A stretch of DNA of 63,570 nucleotides, filler included, from Lenisia limosa (Eukaryota; Protista; Breviatea), in NCBI GenBank assembly GCA_001655205.1. It is 16 parts of 16 records of this genome, joined end to end, with 100 filler letters (N's around TTAATTAATTAA, not from the genome) between each part and the next. Parts side by side here need not be neighbours in the genome. Positions count along the whole stretch, not along the records: positions 15,407 to 23,634 come from LPNZ01011667.1; positions 23,735 to 36,088 come from LPNZ01010652.1; 14 more parts are not named here. One strand, given 5' to 3'. The translations under genes and the position numbers were made by a program. Of the stretch, positions 23,196 to 36,088 are shown in pieces; the first letter of the stretch is position 1, and every line of letters begins with the position of its first letter. The notes under the pieces are model-generated. The model saw only the letters and a list, made by a program, of their open reading frames with translations, did not search any database and was not told the DNA's origin.

Positions 23196-24069
23196 AGTAA
23201 TATTAGTATATGTGGGTCCTCAAAGCTCCGGACATCATTCAAAATTCCCGGACACATCAAAACNNNNNNNNNNNNNNNNNNNNNNNNNNNNNNNNNNNNN
23301 NNNNNNNNNNNNNNNNNNNNNNNNNNNNNNNNNNNNNNNNNNNNNNNNNNNNNNNNNNNNNNNNNNNNNNNNNNNNNNNNNNNNNNNNNNNNNNNNNNNN
23401 NNNNNNNNNNNNNNNNNNNNNNNNNNNNNNNNNNNNNNNNNNNNNNNNNNNNNNNNNNNNNNNNNNNNNNNNNNNNNNNNNNNNNNNNNNNNNNNNNNNN
23501 NNNNNNNNNNNNNNNNNNNNNNNNNNNNNNNNNNNNNNNNNNNNNNNNNNNNNNNNNNNNNNNNNNNNNNNNNNNNNCTTTCCCGGATAGTTGCCATTTA
23601 TTCCTTGAATGTGGCCTTTTATAACGGTTTTTGCNNNNNNNNNNNNNNNNNNNNNNNNNNNNNNNNNNNNNNNNNNNNTTAATTAATTAANNNNNNNNNN
23701 NNNNNNNNNNNNNNNNNNNNNNNNNNNNNNNNNNTCCGACCCGGACGCCTCCGCCGCGACTTCTTCAATTACCGTCATTGCGGCGAGCCCGGTCGAGAAG
23801 TGCTTCAGTTCATTTCTCCCAAAAACCCAAAATGCATCATGTTGTTTGCATGTTGCGCTGCTCTTGCGCTGCTGCTGACCACATGTTGGAATGTTGGATA
23901 GTTGAAGATATGGAGATATGGAGATATGGATATAACATGAAATTAAGAAATAAACCAAAAATAAACATTTTTAATACAAGAACTGAATGAATATACCATT
24001 GATATTACACACAGATTCACTGACTCAAAAAACGATACCCTTCATTTCTACATTCCAGAAAACATAACA

Positions 24070-27000
24070 TTAGTTGCAAGCAGAAAGCTCCTGAGGAAAG
24101 AAGACAGACTAGAAAAGTTACTTTCACTTGTTAACTGTATCTCACTTTGTCAGCTGACGGCTGGTTCCAGTTGTAGGTGGTGGTGAAGATTTCCTCAACC
24201 GGGCGGTCATCCATAGTTGTATGTTCAATGCGGCCCGCAAGAACCTGCAAGGTCATGCTACTAAACTTGGAACCAGGCTTCACTATCTGCAATACCCTAG
24301 TTGTATTCTGTTCAAAGTAATCAAAGCACCCCTCACCATATAGGAGGGGTCTTGGCCGGGGGTGACGAAGAAGGTGGTCTCGATGGTGGCGCCCTGAAGA
24401 GGGGGTTAATTGGAGATGGAAGGGAGCTGACATAATATTATCCTTTACAGAAAGGGTGAAAAGAGGAATTCTTGTCAATAAATAACCAATAACCTGCATA
24501 CCATCATATCACTATGAATAGTGTAGACCCATTTGTCGCAAATAGCCTTGGCGAAAATGGCCTTGCCGGAGTAGACAGAGTCGGTGGGGACAAGAGTATC
24601 CTCCCTACTGGGTAAGAGAACATGAAGCCATTAGTATTGGTCGATCACCCTTGAAGTACTTATTTTGGAACAACCAGGCAAATCTCATAAGAGAGCAAAT
24701 AGCGATAAAAAGACGCAATCACCATTTTCCATCAAACCACTTTGCGTCGGACTTCTCACAGGTGACACGTTCGAAAAACTTTTGAATGTCATAGGTTGTG
24801 CCCTTGCCGAAGTGGGTAAGCTCCATTGAGGGCTTTGAGGCCCCGTCGAATGACGAGATCAGGAGCATGGACTGGCCCTGAAAGGTCAAGCTGCAAAAGA
24901 GCCACCAAAAAGATGTCTCACAAGCGAGAACCTTCACAATAAACGGAAGTCAAATTGTACATACCTTGGAATCATAGAAGTGGTTCTCAACAATGGTCCT
25001 AGGAGGTGACGATAATTCAATTCGTCAGGGTAACATTCTTGGAACATTTCACCAGTCATTTGAGCCTACGTGTTGACGTCAATGAGGTAACCGGGCATAA
25101 TGACCTTCATCTCTAAAAGTCCGCCAGTAATGTAGGAGCCGCGAGCTTGGGGGCGGGGTGAACGTTGTTTATGTAAAGTGAGTACCGTAATAACCCAATA
25201 ATCTTGGCATTTGCTCCTTTAGTTAGGTCCTATTTCGACATTATACCCAGCTTACCAAGAGGCACCTTGGGGGTGGGGGTTGGGCCAGGAGTGCGGATTG
25301 AGCCGGCGGCAACAGTGCTTTCAATATCGCATTCGTTGGACCCGCGGAGGATCTATGCAATCAGAGTTCGAGGCTAAATATTGGTGATAATGTTCTGAAA
25401 TGCAAGAAATGTTTTGGAGCGACGGGGGGGGGGGGGTANNNNNNNNNNNNNNNNNNNNNNNNNNNNNNNNNNNNNNNNNNNNNNNNNNNNNNNNNNNNNN
25501 NATACCCCAGTCAGATCCCCAGGAATTCTGACAGAGCCAATAAGGCGATCCATTCTCAACACCGTAACTAAAACGCGATAAGTGCAGATATTTTGTATAA
25601 TTCTTCAATATCCCATGTTACAAAAAGAGATCCACACATTTTCATGTTACAAACAATCTAGCAACCCGCATACCCGCCGCAGGTGATACAATGTCCACCC
25701 TCCGGTCGAGCCCCTTTGGTGTGTTGGTACACACCCCCCCTGTAGGCCATGAAGTCTGAGTAGACCTTTGGGGTAAAATGGAAATTTATAAACTAAAATC
25801 AAAACATCAAAACATTAATTATAAATCATATCAACATTTAGATTCATGCAATCTATTGAATAAACAGACTAGTTGGGGGGGGGGGGGNNNNNNNNNNNNN
25901 NNNNNNNNNNNNNNNNNNNNNNNNNNNNNNNNNNNNNNNNNNNNNNNNNNNNNNNNNNNNNNNNNNNNNNNNNNNNNNNNNNNNNNNNGAAGGGTGAATA
26001 TGTTGCTAAATAGGAATAGAATAATGTGTTCGTGTAAGCTCATATCAATACATGTACTATGTGTATAAAGCTGATTCATTCTATTACATTTTTTTTTAAA
26101 AAAAAAAGTACGTCCACTTACGGTAAAGCACATCTCAACAGCACCCTTGGTCATTTCTTTCATGATTTCTTGCTCATTTGGTCCGACAGCATAAACATCC
26201 TGAAAGTAAAATAGAGCACAATGATGGAATTATTTTCATAATATGATATTATATAACTTTTCTTTTTCTCTGCTTACATCAGCCTTTACAAAGTCCATCT
26301 TTGAGCCGTCATCACAAGAAGCTGGGCACTCTGGGATGGTCTTGCCGTCACCAGAGACATAAGGGAAGCACTTGTTGGAGGGAGCACCTAAGACTAATAA
26401 GAACCTTGCAAGGTATAACACAACGCAAGTGGATTATCCCAATTAGCCCGTCATTCATTTTGCTCAGAAAAAAATTCGTTCTGCATACCGAACTCTTGGA
26501 GGAACTCCCAAACGTTATCATCGGATCCACCGCCGCATCTGAAATGTCAAAACCACCAACAAGCCCTTTATAAAAAGGCGAATAGCTGTGATATTTTTAC
26601 CCCCTAATAATGTATATTTCTGAATTTTTCAAAAAAATAAAATAGTGATAAATAATGAGAGGTGTGTTCAAAAAAACAGATTATCCGACCAAAGTGATTA
26701 CTAATATTACTAATAGCAACTTGCAGTGTACCAATTATCCGAAGCATACCCAGCATCAAGCTTGTCGCAAGAGACAAGCCATTGGAGGGATTTTGTCTGA
26801 ATGGTAAGAAAGTAGGATAATGTCATATCATTATTATAAACACTGTAATCATTGTAATCCATAAAGTAAACTAGCCGTTTTTCCTCAGCCTCAACAATCA
26901 CAGATAATGCCACATAAGACCCAACCTCGTTTTTGCCGGTTGCAAGACAAGCGCGATGCCCAAAGGCGGTCACTCCACCAGCGGCATAGCATGAGCCGCA

Positions 27001-27546
27001 CTACATTCATGTTACCAGAAGACAGCTGAGTGTTGAAGTAATACTATTCTCCCGGTGATTTACACCAAAAAAGAAAAGAAAAAAACCTACTTGTCCTTGG
27101 TTGATAACTTCAGGAACACAATCAGGCCATTCCTTGCGGAAATCAAACTCTTCAGGGAGAGAAGAGACATCAATGCTGAGAGATAAGCGATTGACTATCG
27201 AATTGAGGAAGGTGAAGGGGAAGGTGAAGAGGAAGAAGAGATACCTTCAAGGGATTCATATTATGAATTTTAAACTTTTCTGCCAACCTGGATTCACGGC
27301 GGGGAAGAACGGAGTGCTGCAGCTTAGCAAGGTTTAGGTCCGCAAATTTTTCAACCCCTGGAGAATGTCACAAAAACTTCTGCGCAGCAACTTCATGTAT
27401 TTTATAATTAATTTACTCCCACCAGGGTTCCTTCCGGCAGTCCACGTCAACCCTGGGAGGGAATTCAGCTCTTTGATGTACTCGTCGGAGATGGCCCATG
27501 CGCCTGCCAAAAGGCACAAAACAAACACAGAAAACTGCTGCCTCAT
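24070..27546 (-). CDS. cathepsin B-like papain-family cysteine protease (no occluding loop) with Pro/Thr linker and ~190-aa C-terminal extension
   Basis: Signal peptide MRQQFSVFVLCLLAGAWA (ATG 27546); LPEEFDFRKEWPDCVPEVINQGQ-CGSCYA (Gln/Cys); LVSCD..DAGCGGG; VYSDFMAYRGGVYQHT...GGHCI (His); YWLCQNSWGSDWG (Asn); ILRGSNECDIES..AG. It then continues SIRTPGPTPTPKVPL through ~7 more exons to SVFFPQELSACN* (TAA 24070-24072). Confidence 0.9.
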
Positions 27547-27751
27547 TATGCACTGTGAAGCTGTGAAGCTTGTTGGAGCCAAGTTGAAGCTGCAGTATAT
27601 GGCAATAATAATTTCTTCTAATCAAAACTAATCATTTATCAACGATTCACCAAAAAAAAAGAGCCCAAAAATTCCATAATTTAAGACATATTTTGATTTA
27701 TTAGGGAAAAAGAGAGAAGAAGAGTTAAGAACCAATTATACTTTTCCAAAA

Positions 27752-29340
27752 ATGGGAGACCTTTTCTCATTGAAGATGGACTACTACACTGGAGCCTATC
27801 AGGTATGATTGTTTCATTATATTAGATGATATCTCATTCATTCTAGGCAGTCATTGATGAAGGTAAATTCGTGAAGTGGTGTTTCTGTTGTTTACCATGA
27901 TTTTAGGGCCATCTCTTTCTGTATCTGGTGAAGAGGAGCTCGTTCGTGATGCTCTTGTAAACAGAGCTTATATTGGAATGGTTTGCCAGCTTGTATTCTC
28001 CCTCTCACTCTTCTTCTTAGGGTTTAACCCCAATGGTTATCTCAAACCTTGAAGGAACAACAGACCCCTGCCTTAAAGCAGTCCTCGTTCTCGCACAAAT
28101 AGACTCAAAGAAAGATCACACCATGTATCTTGACGAAGTCAGAGAATGGTAAACAAATTGACTCTCAGTCTTCGGTCTTATATCATAGGGAGTCTATCAA
28201 GCCCACAACAGAGATTGCTGCTGAACAAGTTGCTTCAGCTTTGTTCAGATGCGGGCTTTATAACGAAGCATTGCGTTGCCTCCACCAATTCCCAAAATCC
28301 TTTCCTTGGTTAGTTTGGTAATATTTCAAGTTTAACCACAGGCAAATTTACTTTTTGGTTGACTTTTTAGCTTATTCCTTCGTGCACAAATCATGTTAGA
28401 ACTTAACCACTATCCCAAAAATGTGAGGAAATTATATTTTTAGCATAAGCCCATGCTCCTTGGATGGCATGGTAGCCTTTTGCTGTCCTTCAAATAACTT
28501 TTCCCTCATATTTGACAGGAAATTTCGACGTTGAAGATGATGGATGAAGATCATGTTCTCTCACAACTTGCCATTGCTTACGGTGGCTTATACAAGGTTG
28601 CTAAGGACTTTCTCTGTAACCCACAGAGTTTTCTCAAAAACACCACTTGACTCCAACAGGGTGGTGGAGCAAGGCACGAATCATATGAAATTTTCACAGA
28701 GTTGGCCTCACGTTTTGGGGAAACTGCTTTCCTTATCAACTGTATGGCCGCCTGGTGAGCTGGTTTCCATTTGCCATCATTCATGATTTGGAGAGGGAAT
28801 AGTGGATTCTTGATAGATACTCACTGTTGCTTTGGATTCCTTTTCGGTCATTCATTTGATACTTCTTGGTCAAACTTCAATCATTTTTCCAGTATTCTTT
28901 CCCCTTACTGTTCAGTCTAGATAACAAAGACACCATCGAGGATGTTCTTCACGAATCCTTGAAAAAGGTGGGTTGAATTTTTATTTTGTACAATTTACAA
29001 TAGGTCAAAGTGTGGTTCATATTCCTGGGCCAATTGTTTTGCTGACCTTTTCAGAAGCCCAATGATCCAGACACCCTTGCCAACCTTGCCTCAATTAGCC
29101 TAGAGACCCATACCTCAAGAGAAACATCATTGCGCTACTTTAAGTTGGCTTCCCAAAAAAACCACAGGATACTAATTCGATCACTTTTCTTTTGGCGTGT
29201 TATGGTAACACGCAACACGAACTTTTTGTTGTTTTATTTCATTGAATCCCGCTTTCTTATATTTCAGGCAACTTAAGACGGTGCGGCCGGACCATCCTCT
29301 CTGTATCAAGCTCAGAGAAATGGAATCCCAATTCTCTTAA
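27752..29340 (+). CDS. COPE: coatomer subunit epsilon (epsilon-COP)
   Basis: MGDLFSLKMDYYTGAYQAVIDE...RDALVNRAYIG...NEALRCLHQ...MDEDHVLSQLAIAY...SYEIFTELASRF...LINCMAAC...LKKKPNDPDTLANL...QLKTVRPDHP..., stop TAA at 29338-29340. Short introns (~50-130 nt). Confidence 0.9.
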
Positions 29341-29813
29341 ATATATTTATTCACCCCCCCCCCCCCNNNNNNNNNNNNNNNNNNNNNNNNNNNNNNNNNN
29401 NNNNNNNNNNNNNNNNNNNNNNNNNNNNNNNNNNNNNNNNNNNNNNNNNTTCTTGGCAATCACTATACTAGCTTCTCTTCGACCTGCTACATTTCTCTAT
29501 TCCCGTCTTCAAAACAGCGTATTGGCAACAGTGTACGTAATAGAGGTAGAAAAGAGTGGTAAGTGTCAGTTTAAATGCCCTAGGAGGCGTATGCTTTCGC
29601 AGTAACAATATATTCCTTTTGCCAAACCTGTAAAACTTCTTTCTCCATCTGATTTAGAATAATTGCTAAAGAAACATACACACAAAAAAAAACCTGTGTG
29701 AATTGAAAGATACTATGTATCGAATAGACAAACGACATTGGAGCACTCCTCCCATGCTTCTCTACGTAATAATTAAGCTAACACACACGACACCATACCC
29801 CATCAAAAACCAC

Positions 29814-30648
29814 CTAGCAACCCGCACAACCAGGACAGAAGGAGCGCTCAACACTCTGTGAATAACTAAACAAGTCAGAAATTGAGTGAACTGAAGATGA
29901 AATAAGCGCGCCAAAAAATAATATGACAGGGAAATACTATTGCAAAGGAAGAAAACCTTGCTGCCTACTCGAGTGACACGCAGAAGGAACAAAACAGCTG
30001 GTTGCAAGTGCAGCAAGTAGTCATGCAGCTGTGGCACGCCTGTTTTTGACAATAGCCACAAGTTCCATGCTCATTGGTGGCAACTAAAGAAAAGTCAAAA
30101 ATATTGGTCTTGACTGAATAAAAGAGAAGTAGGCCTTTGAAATAATAGTCGCAATGCTATGTTATATAGGTGTTCATCCTCTTACTGGTGCAGCAGCTGC
30201 AGTTAATCGTAGGAACAGGTTGAGGAAGCATTGAGGGAAACAACACCTAGAGGGAAATTTAGAAAAAAAGACTGACAATGTTGTCTTCTTTCAAAAATTG
30301 ATGATGTTACAGAGCAGAGAGCTATCAAAGGGGATAGGAGACCTTTGGCGCCAAAATTAACTTCGATAGTACCCACTTTTGGCTCAATTTGTCCAGTAGA
30401 AACAGCTGAATTTGACCTAGGAGGACTTGGGATTGGGGAGTGAGGAGTTGGTGGCCTCTGGTTGCTTTGCGCGGTCATCAAAATCGCGTGTGTCTTGTCT
30501 AAATACGGTTAGCTTATCTGTTTCAAGCAAATTACTCGAATAGCTTACTGTGGATAGTCTCCATATCCCATTTGAAACGCTGTGGTGAAATTGGAGATAC
30601 TGGGTTATCGAAAGGAAGCCTTCTCTTAGTAACACATGACATCATCAT
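29814..30648 (-). CDS. Siva-like cysteine-rich zinc-binding protein
   Basis: N-terminus MMSCVTKRRLPFDNP...KLF and C-terminus CSCC...CGYCQKQACHSCMTTCCTCNQLFCSFCVSL-(D/E)YSQSVERSFCPGC* follow the Siva Cys spacing. The middle exons are uncertain. Confidence 0.55.
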
Positions 30649-30952
30649 TAGTATTCTTGTATTCTTCAAGCACTCTCGACAAAAATAAAGATATTTTCAA
30701 AACCACACCACACACTTTTTATATATTGCGCGCCAATCCGAGCCAAATATCAGTCTGGTTATTGAAGAGATTAGCAACTTATTTGTGTTGTGTATTTAAT
30801 ATATGTAGATATTAAATAAAAGAATATATTCTTATTTATTGCTATATAACAAGTTTTGCGTTGATGTATCCAGTCCAAATATTTTACGATATAACCCTCC
30901 TACCCAGTTTATTTGTGGCAAAGATAAAGTTTTGCCTGGTTTTGAGTTAAAA

Positions 30953-33771
30953 ATGGGAGTTATTAGTATATGGATGGTAATGATATTGACGTTTGCTGTG
31001 GTTGTAACTGCAGGTAAGGTGAGGTTGATAAATGCTATGACCTCTTGTTGTTATCAACATTCTACTTTTTCCATTTGGATAGAACCAAACCTTTGTGAGG
31101 CTATTACTCTCATATATGTGAATACGAGTTTATTATTCAGACACCCCCCCCCCCATATGTTGTTTTTGTTTTTGTTTTACTGAGATTCGAAACGTCATGC
31201 TGCAGTGCCGAAGAGCAAGACCAAGTCACAGGAGTGGTTGTGTGCAGCATGTCACGTGGTGACTACGGAGGTTGGGGGTAGAAGGTGTTTCGTGAGTGAG
31301 GGGGTACAAGAGGATATATATTTTGTGCTGTAGTTGAGTTGGTTTCACTTATAACACCTATAATTATGACTGATTGTTTTGACAACAAAATTTATTCAAT
31401 AAAAGGATACTTTTTGCTTATGCTGTAGTTGGAAGGATTCCTGTCAGCAACGGAGAATTCACAAGAAACACTTCTTCATGGTTGGTAAAGAGAGTTCGTA
31501 CAATGCTGAACTTCTTCATGGTTGGCTAAGAGAGTTCGGACAATGCTGAACTTAAAACCACACCCACTCAGAAACCTGATAAAGATCAACAAACAGGTGT
31601 AATGAGGTATTGTTGTAGATATACACTGACCGAGATAAGTCTTGACCTATTTTCCTTAATCACATAGCAAATTGGTCAATACTTCTCCCGGTCACTGTAT
31701 ATCGATGACAACCCTAGGAGGAGCACATATCATATGATTTAAAGCAGAATTGTCACCATATCCGTACAAAAAGTTTCGGGCACGTCATCTTTTAACAACT
31801 TTTTTCTAGAATTAACGAAGATTTTGGTCAGTATGATACTCACAATTTTGCTCTCTTGCTTCCAAAACAACTGCTTTTATAACAGTAAATAAAAATCACA
31901 AAGCGCTCGGTTTTTGGCTCGATTTGTGGTTTATCTGAGCTGGATTCCGAGTTGGCATCCTGCTTTAAATTGACAACCAGGGAATCGATATATGGATAAC
32001 AACCAGGATATATATGTAACGTTACTATTTAGGGCATCGAGTGCGTGCCGACGGCCAGTACTCTGCAAAGAAATACTCGTTTGTTGCGAATAATGCATAC
32101 ATATTATAGTCGTATATAAATACTGGGGAGGCACGCAGAAAGTTGTGTGCACAGTTGCAAATGATTGGGTGAATTAATATTAAATTATAATCTAATATCT
32201 CTTATAAGCGTGATGGTGTGGGGTCAGATACTACCTTATTGTTTATTGTTCATTGCTATAGTATATATTATTTGAACTACAAAACGTCTAGAAATATACA
32301 AGTAGTATATGATAACATACTTATGAAATTTTACATTGTATTAATACATGATATATGATATACTATATTATATTTTATAGTATATATCTAGATAATATAT
32401 CATATATATATATACAGTATATATTATATCATATACAGTATATAATATAGTGTATGATATACATGTATATATGATATTATTTTACCATATTGGAATTAGA
32501 AAATAAAGGGAGGGTGTGATCCATCCACCATGTTTAACAAAGAGATTAATTAATGGAGAGTATTATCATAATTTTATTTAGTGTCTATTTTCAAAACAGT
32601 AAATACTGTTGTCAATTGTACTCTTTCTTCTGATATTGGTTTTGTGATACGCTGTGCTTTTAAGTTATCTGATTACCAAACGCAGTGAATCAGATTTGAG
32701 ACCTTTGGAAGCACTTGAGTCGGCATGCCTCCATATTACGGAAAGGTGGGTCTCAAATATTTTGATTTGGGCTTGATTTCGGGACGAACACTTTCTCGAT
32801 AAATACAAGATATTGTGCCCATAATTACCATAGTTTATTCGTAAGTTGGTTTAATAAGAGTTGTTCAATATTTTATTTTTTTAGATGGGAAATTATCGGT
32901 GGAGAAAATGGCCTTGTTGCCTCACAAAAGAAAATGCTCACTTTTAATGGTGGGTGTTCGAAATTATTTCTCGGCAGTTTTTGAGCTTCTGTTTTTTTGG
33001 CCTTGCTAGGTTGGAGTTTCACTTGGGCTTAAAAATCTCTGGTAGCATAAGCTTTCATTGTGTTTCTTGAAGCCTGGTGTTTGATATTTAGAATCTTCCT
33101 GGGCTGAGAGGAATATTCGCTGCATCCATTAAACATGCTGAGATTATCTCGTTTTCTTTTATATTTACCTTATCTTTTGTCAGAGCCTTCCACCTCTGGT
33201 GATATTGATCTGGCAGTGGCTATTGATGGTATGATTGAGAATAAGACAAGGATTCAGGAGTTGAGTCGCATTATCAAATATTGACATATATCATATCTAC
33301 TTATGAAATGATCATATGACCGGCTTTTGAGTCGAAATCATAAAAAGTATTATGTAATACTATATCATGATATAATCGCCAAACAATAAACATTGTTGCG
33401 GCGTATTGTTTAGTTTCAGAAAACCATTTAGAGTGTTTCAATGCGATTTGACTATCAGGGTGGGACCCAGTGGCCGATAATGCTGATTCTCATTTGACAA
33501 GACGGCTTACAAGGAAGGTGAGAAGACTTTTATTTAAGCCCTAAATGCTTGTGTGAATGACTTCGGCCAACCACTTTTATTCTTACCTATTACACATAGT
33601 ATGAGCTTACACAAATACATATTATTCATTGTTTAATCATATTCACATTTACCTTTTAAGTGTGAAATGGTAGTAGAAGATTACGAAGACCGACTGGTGT
33701 CATTGATGGTGTCTGAGGAGCCTCCTTCAGTGTTATGTAGCCAGGACTTAGGTTGCTCCAAACAGTCTTAG
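30953..33771 (+). CDS. Canopy-family (DUF3456, saposin-like) secretory protein
   Basis: Signal peptide MGVISIWMVMILTFAVVVTA; WLCAACHVVTTELEGFL; DLRPLEALESAC; CEMVVEDYEDRLV...LCSQDLGC, TAG at 33769-33771. This is the six-Cys Canopy pattern. Confidence 0.8.
31471..31553 (+). repeat. 40-bp tandem duplication spanning a splice donor
   Basis: CTTCTTCATGGTTGG(TA/CT)AAGAGAGTTCG(T/G)ACAATGCTGAA twice. Confidence 0.85.
31624..31697. mobile_element. MITE family C copy in a Canopy intron
   Basis: ta-CACTGACCGAGATAAGTCTTGACC...GGTCAATACTTCTCCCGGTCACTG-ta. Confidence 0.75.
32113..32230 (-). repeat. family B repeat, near full-length copy
   Basis: Reverse complement of the 11694-11793 copy. Other minus copies at ~3241-3330, 7010-7050, 46120-46235 (two), 54210-54260, 59030-59070, 59870-59920 and 62800-62830. 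Confidence 0.75.
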
Positions 33772-34249
33772 ACTGAATGTTATTTATTTATTGATGATGT
33801 GTCTGAGTGTGCTGAAGTAGTGCGCCATTTCATGGAATAAATGAAGCCAACTTGAGCCCTGCGCTCTACCTGTGCATTCAGTGATTGCGTGATTGCAGTG
33901 AAGAGTCGGTTATCAAGGGTCTCGGAAGAGTTGCGGAAGAGTCACAAATGCTGGATGAAAGCTATATGAATAAATGGGGGGGGGGGGATACACAAGGCAT
34001 CTTGAGGTCGCCGTGAACAAGTGCGCACCCCAGTTGGCTTATTAAGAGCGGCTTAGTCTTTAGTTTAGGACATTATAGTAAATCTAAATAAATTAATTAA
34101 TGGAATTTAATCGTATCTGTTTGTAATAAGCTTAACAATAATATTTTATATCCAGTCCAGATTGTTTACGAGTTTACGACAAATTCCTTATGTTTTTCCG
34201 AGGTCATTGTCGAGCCCTGTAGCCCTGTGTCAAAAAAGAATAGCGTAAT

Positions 34250-36088
34250 ATGAATTTGGCAGCTAAAAAGTCAATGAGAAATGGATTGCCACGACAATTA
34301 CGGAAGGATACAATGGTTGCCAAGCCCTTGGCCGAGCTCATCCGTTCTAAGGTATGTGTCTTTCTATTTTTGTTATAATCACTATGATAAAGCTAATTTA
34401 CTTGGAAAATATCAAGTTCTATGGATAACACCGCAGCCTGACGACTGTGAAGAAATGGTTCTATCTGGTAGAGGGATCGTTCAACTTGGAACGCAATGGA
34501 GCCAATTCCGCTACCTTTCAGGACTTTGGCTATCCGATAATAAGGTGAGAATTGAGACAATTGTTTGAAATTGTGCTCTGCTGGTTTTGTATTTCCTGTT
34601 GTTTGACTTTCCCAGATTAAAGAAGTTACCGGTCTTGAAAACAACTTCCGGTTGAAGTCTCTATTTTTAGCCAATAACTTAATCACGTCATTAGAAGGTC
34701 TGAGGGCCTTCTATCATTCATTAACATTATTTTTTGTCCATCACCTCAGCATATTATTCTATAGGTTCTCTTACAAATCTCGTCAATCTTGAGACGCTTA
34801 TTCTCAATAACAACAAGTTGGGAGGGCTCTTCTTAGTTGAACTTTCATTCGCAGCAGCTGCACTTTTTTACCCCGTAGACTTGTTGGGTTAGCATCCGTT
34901 ATTCAGTCAATTCAACATTGCAAAGCACTCAAGACATTGAGTAAGTGGGGCACTGAATACAATCAAAGCAAACGTAATTTTCTAGTCTGAAGCAGTTGTG
35001 ATTGCACCATTTAATTACTTCATAAACAGCCATTTGAAACCATTAAACTTTTACAAACATGATTTTTAAGATTTGATTGGCAACCCTGTTTGTGATGAAA
35101 GAGAGCTGCCTTATAGGGCGTATATTATCTCCAAGTTCGCTCAGTTGGAGATTTTAGATAGAAGAGGTAGGAGGAAGGTACTCTAAACCCAACTGAACAC
35201 CCTTGAAATTTCGATATCACTTGATACGGGGTTGCTCATAGTTTATCTATGGAAACTTCAGATTCATATTTTTTATATAATTTCAATCAATAATACGCAA
35301 TTCAGCAATCACGGCTTTTGAAAGGAACAACGCTTCTAAAGAAGTTGTGGAATGGCTCAATCGAACCGAGGACTCCAGTCACTCTGCAATGTTCACCTCA
35401 CTGGCTATTTCTGACCGTTTGGGGAATGAAAATTCGTTGTGTAAATGACAATTCCTGTTTTTTTGCTTTTGACCAAAAGGAAGCTTGTTGGTGGGGATTT
35501 GAAGTTGTAGCAAAGCACTTCACAGAGATTGTTCTTGAACTACTCCTATTCCTAGTTCTAAAAACCTCTATATCGGCGCTGTTGCGCAATAACTATTTTC
35601 CTTGACTTCATAGAGAATGACAAACCAAAAACATCCACAAAGAAGCCGCAGAGTTTTGCAAAGGTAATCAACGACTATAGCCGTTCCTCTGTATTCCATT
35701 TGCCTTTATGTGGAAATTGTTCTTACTTTCAGGTAACAAAGGTTGAAAAAGCCCTCGCCTCGGAAGCCGTACAAATAAAAAAAAGAATGAAGCAAGAAGA
35801 AGAAGACAGGATCAGGGCTGAAAGAAATGTGAGAAGTTGTCAACATTATCTAAAGTATTTACAAACAAATATCTTTCATATGTCTAACATAACTTCTGTT
35901 ACTGATCATACTGTACCACATAGTTCCGTATTTGTTTTGCTTTAGCTCTCTTGCTTGCTCCTTTACGCTTATAGGGAGTTACAATACCTTGTTTATTTTT
36001 CCAGGCTATGAAGTGGCCAGAACCAAAAACAACCGCCCCAGTTGCTCGAACAGTTCTTGAAACGCAAATGGCAATCAATCTCAGAACA
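34250..36088 (+). CDS. SDS22-like leucine-rich-repeat protein, LRRC72-like (partial)
   Basis: EEMVLSGRGIVQL..WSQFRYLSGLWLSDNKIKEVTGLENNFRLKSLFLANNLITSLEG...LETLILNNNKL...LIGNPVCDE...YRAYIISKFAQLEILDR (LRR array plus LRRcap). Confidence 0.7.
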
